A stretch of 64,000 nucleotides of DNA from Candidatus Woesearchaeota archaeon (GCA_018652625.1 JABIBT010000018.1:4566-68565); one strand, 5' to 3'. Counted from the stretch's first letter, positions 40,266 through 48,846 are shown. Program-made: numbers and translations. Notes: generated by a model from the sequence alone, not told the origin.

Positions 40266-40532
40266 CTAATAGAATGAAAATGCCAACATAAATAGTAAAG
40301 CAACCAGGGCCCAGGCCAAAATTAATCCAATTACAACGGCTAATATAGTCATTACCCCTTTCTTCCAAAAAGAGCCTTTTGAGGAATCCAGTAAACCATA
40401 GAAAACCATTCCGAATCCTATAGTTAAAATCCCAATATGTAAAAATAGGTTGAAACTAAGGACAAATCCAAGAATCAGTGATAAGACAATCAGCCCTACG
40501 CCCCAAACTAATAAATTTTTGTTTGATTTCAT
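40266..40532 (-). CDS. Three-TM membrane protein
   Basis: Hydrophobic 88-aa ORF with TATA upstream. Confidence 0.65.
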   Translation of the reverse strand: MKSNKNLLVWGVGLIVLSLILGFVLSFNLFLHIGILTIGFGMVFYGLLDSSKGSFWKKGVMTILAVVIGLILAWALVALLFMLAFSFY

Positions 40533-40609
40533 AAAAATAAACTGATAAATAAACTATATAAAACTATTCTTTAACTAAATCCCTTAGAAAAGAAGAAAAT
40601 AACTAACTT

Positions 40610-41272
40610 TTAAGGGTTTGCTTCACCACATATCCCCCTAGTTGGCGGGCCAGACGGGCAGTCCATTCCTGCAGGACATCCACTCGGAATATAGTGGTTG
40701 TTAGAACAACAATCATTACAGCTAGGTTCAGAACCAGGAGATAATTGACAGTATTCTCCATCCCCTATACAATCTTCTTTAAAGCCACAACAATAATCGG
40801 GAACACATCCTTCACATTCCAATGGTTCCGAATCGCAAAACGTATATCCTCCAGAGCAACATTTTTCCTCACATGCATCTGGAAGGTGACACTTCTCTCC
40901 ATCGGCCAAACAATAAGAAGAACCCCCACCGGGGCAGATAATTTCACATTGATTATCTATACAATCAACAACTGTACAATGCGCACAAGAATACTCACAA
41001 AAACTACTCTTTGGCATATATGAATCAACCAATTCCCTTATTCTATATTCTTCATTAATATTAACAGAAACATAACAACCAAAAGGACACTTCCCACCAA
41101 AACTCACACAATCCTCTTTAACATTACAATAATTAGCATCATCAATTTCTCCCTTTATATTTGATTCATGAATTGGCAATATTAAAATATCATATAAAAT
41201 CGGAGACAACATCCAAAAAATAATAATAAAAACCAAAACAACCCAAAACCACCACTTCTTAAGTAGATTCAT
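40610..41272 (-). CDS. Membrane-anchored Cys-rich protein
   Basis: Likely start MNLLKKWWFW; ANYC-x4-DC-x6-CPFGC module then knottin-like C-x2-DGE-x-C...CC repeats. Confidence 0.7.
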   Translation of the reverse strand: MNLLKKWWFWVVLVFIIIFWMLSPILYDILILPIHESNIKGEIDDANYCNVKEDCVSFGGKCPFGCYVSVNINEEYRIRELVDSYMPKSSFCEYSCAHCTVVDCIDNQCEIICPGGGSSYCLADGEKCHLPDACEEKCCSGGYTFCDSEPLECEGCVPDYCCGFKEDCIGDGEYCQLSPGSEPSCNDCCSNNHYIPSGCPAGMDCPSGPPTRGICGEANP

Positions 41273-41705
41273 TCTTCCTCCTTTTAAAAAAGTAAATTGC
41301 CCCAATAAAAATAACTAAAAGAACAACAATAGGAAATATCATTCGGGAAACTTTAAAAAAATCAATAGAAGTAACCATATTTCCCACAGTAATTGGCTTA
41401 CACATGGGTTGCCCAATATATCCTCCCTTTATGTGAGACATAAGACCATCACAACATTCCTCAAAATGAAAAACAAACTCCCCAGATTCTACACAAGGAA
41501 AATCCTTAACATATTCAACACCACAATCACCACTATAAAAATCTCCAATATCACAAGAGTTCCCATCATCAAAAACACATTTTAGATTTTCTCTGTCAAT
41601 AGCATATCCCTGGTGCTCACAAAATGGAGTAACAGCATCCATTGCAGCATAAGAACTAAAAGATAATATAAAAACAAACATCAAAATTAAAATACTTTTT
41701 TTCAT
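41259..41705 (-). CDS. DUF333-like secreted Cys-rich protein with C-terminal TM
   Basis: FCEHQGY...CVFDDGNSC...FY-x-G-x-CG module. Confidence 0.65.
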   Translation of the reverse strand: MKKSILILMFVFILSFSSYAAMDAVTPFCEHQGYAIDRENLKCVFDDGNSCDIGDFYSGDCGVEYVKDFPCVESGEFVFHFEECCDGLMSHIKGGYIGQPMCKPITVGNMVTSIDFFKVSRMIFPIVVLLVIFIGAIYFFKRRKNEST

Positions 41706-41783
41706 AATTTTCCTTAGATTTTCTAATTATTAAATCTTTCTAAGACTTTAATCTTATTTTAAAAAAGAAGAAAAAGTTTTTTT

Positions 41784-42191
41784 TTAAATCACTCTTCCAT
41801 CAACTATCTTTTCTAGCACCCTGTAACTATCCAATTTAGAAATTTCTATGTTCAAGGGGTGTACGGAAGGCAAATAAATTGTACCACTCTTACTAACTCC
41901 TTGACAACAAACCAACCTATGATCTTTACATTCATCTGCTTCAATTTCGCCCCCATATTTTGCCTTTTTCCCCTGGAGCAATAGTCCCAAAACATATACC
42001 AAATGATATTCTGGTCCCAAAATCCCTTCCCCCAATAAAGGTATTATTTCAGTTGTTTCAACTTCAACAATCTCTACAATATTCCTTATTGGGCCATGGT
42101 CATCATTGGTAAACAACCAACTACCCCCATCAAGAATTGGCAAATGTTCTAAACCTTTTAAATCCATTTTATCCATAACCCAACTTACCAT
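41784..42191 (-). CDS. Hypothetical protein (paralog of 37925-38200); true start may be 42176 or 42167
   Basis: Shared motifs with 37925-38200. Confidence 0.55.
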   Translation of the reverse strand: MVSWVMDKMDLKGLEHLPILDGGSWLFTNDDHGPIRNIVEIVEVETTEIIPLLGEGILGPEYHLVYVLGLLLQGKKAKYGGEIEADECKDHRLVCCQGVSKSGTIYLPSVHPLNIEISKLDSYRVLEKIVDGRVI

Positions 42192-42263
42192 TTAAAAGTC
42201 TTTTTCCACAATCTTTTTAATATGAGGAAAACACACCATATTGTAACTTATTTTTAAGAATTC

Positions 42264-42800
42264 TCATTTATATTCTTCTAACTCTTTTAACGGTATCGAA
42301 TGGGTTATCTCTCCGTGTCCAAATTTATCTCTTATCCATCTTTCATCGGGATAAACAAACAAGCTAAACCCAGAGGAACAATAATTCTTGGAAGTATCTA
42401 AAGAATCTTTAAATCCCTCTTGAAGTCCCAACTCATTTACTATAGATTGATCTCTAACTTCAAAGCTCTTTCTCGATTCCCTAGTTTCAATAACAACCGG
42501 TTCACTTTCAATATACAATACTCCACAATTAAACTTTCCTTCATGAATACAAAAATCATAATTTCCAGGAGTCTGCACTTTAATCCCACTTCCATCAAAT
42601 AAATCTAAACCAAACTCTTTCAATTCTTCTGGAACAAAAATACCAGGTTTTGGAACAATCATATACCTCAGATAAAGTCCACCGGACCTACCCTCGCTTA
42701 ATAATACATTATCAGTTTTTAAATTTCTTCGAATAACAACAACCCCCGGATTAGATTCCAAAATATTTTCTATTTTCTGTCTTGTTTCACTAAAATTCAT
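42264..42800 (-). CDS. Hypothetical protein
   Basis: Probable start MNFSETR at 42800 with TATA-like element upstream. Confidence 0.55.
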   Translation of the reverse strand: MNFSETRQKIENILESNPGVVVIRRNLKTDNVLLSEGRSGGLYLRYMIVPKPGIFVPEELKEFGLDLFDGSGIKVQTPGNYDFCIHEGKFNCGVLYIESEPVVIETRESRKSFEVRDQSIVNELGLQEGFKDSLDTSKNYCSSGFSLFVYPDERWIRDKFGHGEITHSIPLKELEEYK

Positions 42801-42878
42801 TAAAAAAGAAAAAAATACTAAACTTTTAAGACTTTCCTTCCAAAAAGAATATAAACTCAAAAATAATATAATCTAATT

Positions 42879-43454
42879 ATGGAATTCATAGCATTTTTAG
42901 ATTCAAATTTATACGCTTTAGTAATTCTACCCTTATTTATTTTTCTAGCCAGAATCATAGATGTTAGTATGGGCACAGTAAGAGTAATTTTTATATCAAA
43001 AGGTTTCAAAAAGTATGCAACAATAATAGGATTTTTTGAAGTTCTAATCTGGTTAGCAGCAATAAACCAAATCATGAGCAATTTAACTAATTATTTCTAT
43101 TATTTTGCTTATGCAGGAGGATTTGCAATGGGAACGCTAGTTGGAATGGCAATAGAAGAAAAAATTTCTTTTGGAAAAGTAACTTTAAGAGTAATCACAA
43201 GAAAAGATGCATCTGAACTTTTAGAAGAATTAAGAATGAACAAATATACAGTAACAAGTTTAGGGGCAGATGGAAAAGATGGAAAAGTAAAACTAATTCT
43301 AACAATAATAAATAGAAAAGATATTAAAAAAATTACAAAAATAATTAAAAAACACAATCCTAAAGCATTCTACTCGATCGAAGATGTAAGATATGTTCAT
43401 GATGATTCTCCAATAAAAAAGAAGAACTTTTTCAAACTAACAAATAGAAAATAA
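42879..43454 (+). CDS. DUF2179/UPF0316 membrane protein
   Basis: ARIIDVSMGTVR, GFFEVLIW, YAGGFAMG, PKAFYSIEDVR. Confidence 0.85.
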   Translation: MEFIAFLDSNLYALVILPLFIFLARIIDVSMGTVRVIFISKGFKKYATIIGFFEVLIWLAAINQIMSNLTNYFYYFAYAGGFAMGTLVGMAIEEKISFGKVTLRVITRKDASELLEELRMNKYTVTSLGADGKDGKVKLILTIINRKDIKKITKIIKKHNPKAFYSIEDVRYVHDDSPIKKKNFFKLTNRK

Positions 43455-43508
43455 ACTAAAAAAAAAGAAAAATAAAATTTTAAGAATCATAATAATGAAA
43501 ACTTAATT

Positions 43509-43700
43509 TTACTCTTTAACTACGTTAACAGCTTTTGGACCTCTGTCGCCTTCTTCGACGTCAAAAGTAACAGCATCGCCTTCGTTTAACCTTGTTCCTT
43601 CAGCTAAACCTGATTGATGTACGAAATATTCTGTACCATCTTCTCCAGCAACAAATCCAAAACCTTTCTGTTCATTGAAAAATTTTACTGTACCTTTCAT
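43509..43700 (-). CDS. cspA: Cold-shock protein
   Basis: [15 protein letters not shown] (RNP1), YFVH (RNP2), GPKAVNV; GGAGGT SD. Confidence 0.93.
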   Translation of the reverse strand: MKGTVKFFNEQKGFGFVAGEDGTEYFVHQSGLAEGTRLNEGDAVTFDVEEGDRGPKAVNVVKE

Positions 43701-43753
43701 TTGGAAACCTCCATATTGATTATCAACTATATACTCCTTTTAAACCTTTCTAA

Positions 43754-44941
43754 TTACCTTTTTCTCCAGGTTTTCTTACGACTTCTGAAGGGTTTTTTAC
43801 CATAAGAGCTTTCTACTCTAATTGCAATTACCCTTTCTACGTGTGGTTTTTCCATTTTTTCAACAGATAACTCACTATAGTCTCTTTGAATTCTCCTAAA
43901 GTTGTCGTAATCAAACTCACAAAGTAAATTAATTACTTTTCCTGCTTCTCCAGCACGAGCGGTTCTTCCAATTCTGTGGACATAATCCTTAGAATCTGAA
44001 GGAATTTCATAGTTGTAAACATGAGAAACATTATCTATATGCAATCCTCTAGCAGCAACGTCAGTACATACTAAAACTCCAAATTTGGCCCTATTAAAGA
44101 AATCCAAACTTCGAGATCTTTTGTTCTGAGTAAATCCACCATGTATTGCAATCGCATCTATTTTATTAGCTTTTAAATTTTTAACAACAAAGTCTGTATT
44201 CATTCTTGTATTGCAAAAAACCATAGCTAATCCGGATTTTTCTTCCTTCAATAGATGAACTAACATAGATAACTTCATATTTTTTGTAACATCATAATAA
44301 ACTTGTTTAAGCTTACTAGGATCAACTTGTTTTCCAGCCATAATAATTTCAGGACTAACCATATATTTATTAGCTAAACTTTTAATTCTTGAATCAATTG
44401 TAGCAGAAAAAAACATAGTTTGCCTTTCTCTAGGACAACTTCTAACAATTCTTTCAACATCATCTACAAATCCCATATCAAGCATTCTATCTGCTTCATC
44501 TAGAACTAATATTCTAATTTTTGAAAGATCAATAGTTCTCCTTTGTAAATGGTCTAATAATCTTCCCGGAGTTGCAACAACAACTTCGGCCCTAGTTAAC
44601 TCATGAATCTGATTAGTAATTGAAACGCCTCCATAAACACTAGCCGTTCTCAAAGAATTTCCACTAGAAAATTGATCAATAGCTTTCATAACTTGTTCAG
44701 CTAACTCTCTTGTTGGAGTTAAAACCAAAGCTTGTAATCCTTCTTTTGGAACAACTTTTTCAATTATTCCTGCGCCAAAAGCCAACGTCTTTCCAGAACC
44801 AGTTTCTGATTCTCCTACTACATCTTTTCCTTGCATAATGAAAGGAATAGACTTTTCTTGAATTTGTGTGGGCTTACTAAAACCCATTTCTTTTATAGTC
44901 TTAAATAGATTAGTATTTAGACCTAAATCTTCAAATATCAT
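43754..44941 (-). CDS. DEAD-box RNA helicase
   Basis: PTQIQ, TGSGKT, PTRELA, TPGR, DEAD, SAT, ARGL, HRIGRTAR. Confidence 0.95.
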   Translation of the reverse strand: MIFEDLGLNTNLFKTIKEMGFSKPTQIQEKSIPFIMQGKDVVGESETGSGKTLAFGAGIIEKVVPKEGLQALVLTPTRELAEQVMKAIDQFSSGNSLRTASVYGGVSITNQIHELTRAEVVVATPGRLLDHLQRRTIDLSKIRILVLDEADRMLDMGFVDDVERIVRSCPRERQTMFFSATIDSRIKSLANKYMVSPEIIMAGKQVDPSKLKQVYYDVTKNMKLSMLVHLLKEEKSGLAMVFCNTRMNTDFVVKNLKANKIDAIAIHGGFTQNKRSRSLDFFNRAKFGVLVCTDVAARGLHIDNVSHVYNYEIPSDSKDYVHRIGRTARAGEAGKVINLLCEFDYDNFRRIQRDYSELSVEKMEKPHVERVIAIRVESSYGKKPFRSRKKTWRKR

Positions 44942-45058
44942 TTTTTAATTTTCTCCTAATATTTCAGCACTCTTATAGAAAAAGCGAAATGTTCATAAAA
45001 TGTTCAAGTGCTTTCTCACATATTCATACTTATATTAAATAGAAACAAAAATCCAGTG

Positions 45059-45086
45059 TTTATAAAACTTTCTATTTGTAATCACT
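45059..45086 (-). promoter_or_regulatory. 28-bp motif B copy
   Basis: AGTGATTACAAATAGAAAGTTTTATAAA on minus strand, abutting the stop of the aaRS-like gene. Confidence 0.7.
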
Positions 45087-46234
45087 TAAGAATCATTACA
45101 AATGCCTGGACAAAAAGGAGATAATTTAGCAACAAGATCAGAATATTTTCTAAAGAAAGAATCAACAAAAGGGTATAATTTCCCACCCTGCCTACTTTTA
45201 TTAATTTCCCGACTAAGCTGCCTAAAATCCCTCTCTAATCCAGATAGAACTTTATTAAATCTAAAACCATTCATATCAGAAATATATTTTTCATCTTCAC
45301 AAAAAGCAATATTTCTTTCAGAGAAACCATTGTTTTGAAAGAAAGTTCCCAAATTATCAACCAAATTAACAAATTTCTTTCCCCCATCTAACAACCCTTT
45401 TTTAACATCAACTGATTGTCTAGAAAAAGAAAGGCTTTTTGCAAAAGTATACCTTAAAGGATCAGAACCATCTTGAAGAAGTTTATCCATGTCCCATTCA
45501 CCAAATCCCCCTTCCGGATTGATACGATTAAAAATAAAAACATTTTTCATAGGAAGTTTATCTGAAATTCCGGTTTGAGAGTAAAATCTTAATAATAAAT
45601 ATCTGGCTATCTCTTTTTCTGAACATGACATAAAATCTATCTCATTATCAAAATAAGCCTCCCACATATTTGCAACTGTGAAGATTGGAGATATGTTTTC
45701 TCCGCCCAAGGGGTTTGAAGCAGCATATTTTCTAGGCTTTGATATTTTAATTGCATCAGAACTTTTTCTAATCATTCTCAAAAATTCACTTTTAGCTCTT
45801 CCAGGGAAGAAATTTATTTTTTCTACAACTCCCTCTAAATCTTTTTCAGAAGAAATTTTTCCAACATTCAAATAAGTTTCATCTCCACTTCTAATAATAT
45901 ATCCTTTTTTATCTAATTCTACAAGAACTTCCTGAGATTTTTCCATTGATTCTGGAACACAATCTAAAATTTCCCCTTCAAAAGACAAATTCAACTTATC
46001 TCTCAATTGGCCTTCTTCAATCATGTTTCTAACATGGTCTTCCAAAGGAATATTTAGTCCTAAATTTTCTGCCCTTTTACCCAGGGCATTCAAACTATAT
46101 TTATGACAAACTACATCTTCTCCCAAATTATTCAAAAACCTTGCATGAATATCCAATAAAGTATGGTAGTAAGCATAACCTAATGGAAGATCTCCATTGT
46201 AGATTCCTGCAGGCGGATTAGCTATTACCTTCAT
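45086..46234 (-). CDS. Degenerate class Ia aminoacyl-tRNA-synthetase-like protein (ValRS/IleRS-like)
   Basis: PP-x4-NG-x-LPLGY-x-Y-x2-T-x2-D-x3-RF (HIGH region), ISKPR, PMKNV, GSDPLRY, FVN-x3-N, FRFN, LSPFCP; no KMSKS. Confidence 0.7.
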   Translation of the reverse strand: MKVIANPPAGIYNGDLPLGYAYYHTLLDIHARFLNNLGEDVVCHKYSLNALGKRAENLGLNIPLEDHVRNMIEEGQLRDKLNLSFEGEILDCVPESMEKSQEVLVELDKKGYIIRSGDETYLNVGKISSEKDLEGVVEKINFFPGRAKSEFLRMIRKSSDAIKISKPRKYAASNPLGGENISPIFTVANMWEAYFDNEIDFMSCSEKEIARYLLLRFYSQTGISDKLPMKNVFIFNRINPEGGFGEWDMDKLLQDGSDPLRYTFAKSLSFSRQSVDVKKGLLDGGKKFVNLVDNLGTFFQNNGFSERNIAFCEDEKYISDMNGFRFNKVLSGLERDFRQLSREINKSRQGGKLYPFVDSFFRKYSDLVAKLSPFCPGICNDS

Positions 46235-46997
46235 TTTCCATTTTCCATATCCAAGATATAACTGCCGGGATAGAATTCTCCTTTATACGGCTGTGATTAT
46301 CTTCAGTTTCTTTATACACACTTTTTTCAGAATTCAATTTTTCATAAAATTCTTTTGTTCTATTACAACTCACAGAATTGTCATTTTTTCCATGGATTAA
46401 TAGAATTCTTTTGTTCCTTAAGTTATCAACATAATCTACAGGATTTACATCAATTCCAGTTTCACAAAAATTATCCCATTCCATTTTATTCATTTTCCTA
46501 TAAGTATTCTCAAAACCAAATTTCATAAAATCAAATAATCCAGATAAATTTTCTTCTCTTATATTTGGATCTTTAGCATGCACGGAATAGTCCACAACGG
46601 GAGCTAGAGCTACAATTCCATCAATATCTAATTCAGCACCAGTAGATAAAGCAATACTCCCGCCAAAGCTATGACCCACTAAAAATATTTTTTTAGGAGA
46701 AACATCAAAAGAATTATTAAAAACAGTTTTAATTTTTCCTGCTTTCAACCCACCAACAAAAGAAATAATAGTTTCTTTACATTTGGTAATACTAAAATTT
46801 CCATAACTTTCCCACGAACCAATATACTTTGGGTGGATGAATGTAAATCCTTCATCAACATACCTTTTTGCTAATTCTAAGTAGTTGGACTTTCCAGGAA
46901 TTCCAGCACAAAATATAATAACTGCACCATTATTTTTTTCAGATGGATAGTATGAATCAGCAACTATCTTTCCATATCTTAATTTATTTTTTCTCAT
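46218..46997 (-). CDS. Alpha/beta hydrolase
   Basis: GHSFGG nucleophile elbow, IHGKND acid, C-terminal DNH. Confidence 0.85.
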   Translation of the reverse strand: MRKNKLRYGKIVADSYYPSEKNNGAVIIFCAGIPGKSNYLELAKRYVDEGFTFIHPKYIGSWESYGNFSITKCKETIISFVGGLKAGKIKTVFNNSFDVSPKKIFLVGHSFGGSIALSTGAELDIDGIVALAPVVDYSVHAKDPNIREENLSGLFDFMKFGFENTYRKMNKMEWDNFCETGIDVNPVDYVDNLRNKRILLIHGKNDNSVSCNRTKEFYEKLNSEKSVYKETEDNHSRIKENSIPAVISWIWKMENEGNS

Positions 46998-47919
46998 TAT
47001 ATAGCCCCAAGGAATGATTAAAATCTCTCTTTAAATCACCAATATCTCCCTCCATAGGTTTCAAAAAATAGGAAGGAGTAAATAAATAATTACCATTTCT
47101 CCCACCAATCCAATATCTTCCATCTAATAATATTTTTCTTTCTTTTCCTTGTAAATGGTCCACCAAATCAGGAGTGGCAGGAGCTATTCTAAAAAAGAAA
47201 TCATCAAAATTATATACACTCCCATATACTTTTTCAATTTTTTCACTCATTGGCATAGATCCCCTCTCAGAAAGCCAGTTTTCCATAAGTTCAGTTATCT
47301 CTGTTTCATTAATCTGATCTTTTTTCATATTTACTTCTTCTATTAATTTTAAGTTAATTTTTCTATCATAACAAAAACTCATTAATTCTGGAAGGCTATC
47401 TAAATTTACTCTTGTGACAGGAGTATTAAATTCGACCCTTACATTGTTTCTCTTACAATATTCAGAAGTCTCGATTATGTTGATAAGTTCTCTTCTAACT
47501 TTTTTTCTTATTGTATCTTCAAAAACCGATCTATTAAGAGAAGGAACATGTATATGCAAGGCCCCAAGGCCAGCATCAGCTAAATTAGAGATATCTCTAC
47601 CATCCACATTTGAACAATTTGTAGTTAGGCCAATGTCATCAATACCATTATGGCTTAAAAGTTTGACAATATCTAATAAGTCGGTTCTCATAGAAGGTTC
47701 TCCACCAGTAAGCCGAACATGAAGGTTATTTTCTTTAGCCAACCCGCTAATACCTTCAACTTGATCTAAACCAAAATTTGCATATCCATTATCATGCTTA
47801 CCATCAGAAAATGGCCCACAATAAAAACAATCATGATTACATGCCCCGGTAACAGATATTCTTATTTCATATAGAGGCATACTAACTTTGATATCTGAAG
47901 TGGTTAGATTTTCTTCCAT
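46984..47919 (-). CDS. Radical SAM enzyme, MoaA-like N-terminus without auxiliary cluster
   Basis: IRISVTGACNHDCFYC, VRLTGGEP, TTN, LIE; no Cys cluster in the C-terminal third. Confidence 0.85.
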   Translation of the reverse strand: MEENLTTSDIKVSMPLYEIRISVTGACNHDCFYCGPFSDGKHDNGYANFGLDQVEGISGLAKENNLHVRLTGGEPSMRTDLLDIVKLLSHNGIDDIGLTTNCSNVDGRDISNLADAGLGALHIHVPSLNRSVFEDTIRKKVRRELINIIETSEYCKRNNVRVEFNTPVTRVNLDSLPELMSFCYDRKINLKLIEEVNMKKDQINETEITELMENWLSERGSMPMSEKIEKVYGSVYNFDDFFFRIAPATPDLVDHLQGKERKILLDGRYWIGGRNGNYLFTPSYFLKPMEGDIGDLKRDFNHSLGLYNEKK

Positions 47920-48698
47920 GTAATGATATCTCCTATTTTTGCACCAAGTTTTTTTGCTGAACTTAATTCTCTAACTTTCCCAATTTCTGGAAGGTTATTT
48001 AGTGAACTTCCCGGATAAATTGCCCAGGTGCTGTCTTCTAGATCCTTCATAGAATAAGAAAAAACAGCAACAATTTTTCTTTCTCCATTAACAAATATAT
48101 CTAATTTATCTCCCTCTTCTAAATTTTCCAAACTTCCATTTATTTTTAAAACACCAAAATTATCAATATGGACAACACATCCATCTTCGACTCTATAATC
48201 GCATAAAAATTCTTCACTTCTTTCTTCCCCAAGTCCTGAAAAATTAACACCTTTAGCAACTTTAGCTACGGCGGGGGAATGCACATGTTTTCCACCAAAT
48301 GAAATAAAATCTTTTCCCATTAATCCAGACGCATTTAATTCATATAAGTTTTTCAATCCAAAATCTTTTATGAGCCAATTTAATGTTCCAGTGTTGGCCC
48401 CAACAAATTTAAAACCATTTTTAGTTTCTCCAATAATTCTTGCTCTATCTTTTCTATTTGTCCTTAAAGAATTTAAAACAACTAAGAAAATTGTATTCGA
48501 AGGATCATAAACTTCTCCCATAAGTCTAACAAGAAAAGAACCATTCTCAATGGAAAATTCTTTTGCCTTTACTAAGGGTTCAACAGAAATGTTTTGGCTA
48601 GTATCCCCTAATTCACTCAGAATAGTAGCTCTCATCTCGTTATATGCTACATCGGAACAATCCGAAACTATAACGATTCTTTTGGCCACGCCAATCAT
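47904..48698 (-). CDS. SAM hydroxide adenosyltransferase/chlorinase/fluorinase (DUF62)-fold protein, divergent
   Basis: IVIVSD, FVGANTGTL, SFGGKHVHSP-x2-A, VVHIDNFG, GSS-x4-PEIG, A-x2-LG-x3-GD follow the DUF62 motif order. Confidence 0.8.
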   Translation of the reverse strand: MIGVAKRIVIVSDCSDVAYNEMRATILSELGDTSQNISVEPLVKAKEFSIENGSFLVRLMGEVYDPSNTIFLVVLNSLRTNRKDRARIIGETKNGFKFVGANTGTLNWLIKDFGLKNLYELNASGLMGKDFISFGGKHVHSPAVAKVAKGVNFSGLGEERSEEFLCDYRVEDGCVVHIDNFGVLKINGSLENLEEGDKLDIFVNGERKIVAVFSYSMKDLEDSTWAIYPGSSLNNLPEIGKVRELSSAKKLGAKIGDIITWKKI

Positions 48699-48720
48699 AT
48701 TTTTTTGTCTTTAATTTATC

Positions 48721-48748
48721 CTTATAAACTTTTCTATTTGTAACCACT
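48721..48748 (-). promoter_or_regulatory. 28-bp motif B copy (promoter of the four-gene operon)
   Basis: AGTGGTTACAAATAGAAAAGTTTATAAG on minus strand, 23 nt before ATG 48698. Confidence 0.7.
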
Positions 48749-48790
48749 ATAGAAAAATAACATTATCTCGGAATCTTTTTCCAATAATCT

Positions 48791-48822
48791 TTTAAAGCTT
48801 TCCTAGTCCAGAAAGCTTTAAA
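48791..48822. repeat. Perfect 12-bp inverted repeat with 8-bp spacer
   Basis: TTTAAAGCTTTC-CTAGTCCA-GAAAGCTTTAAA; each arm also reads as BRE+TATA. Confidence 0.75.
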
Positions 48823-48846
48823 TACTCAAAAACTTGACCGCAAACC

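Noticed and set aside
46577..46585. CCGTGCATG (minus strand) as a fourth motif A copy
   Set aside because: Only the first 9 nt match, the palindromic core is missing, and it lies inside a coding region.
46984..47919. Calling the radical SAM gene moaA or viperin
   Set aside because: It lacks the MoaA auxiliary-cluster cysteines and moa neighbours, and viperin-specific motifs were not recognised.
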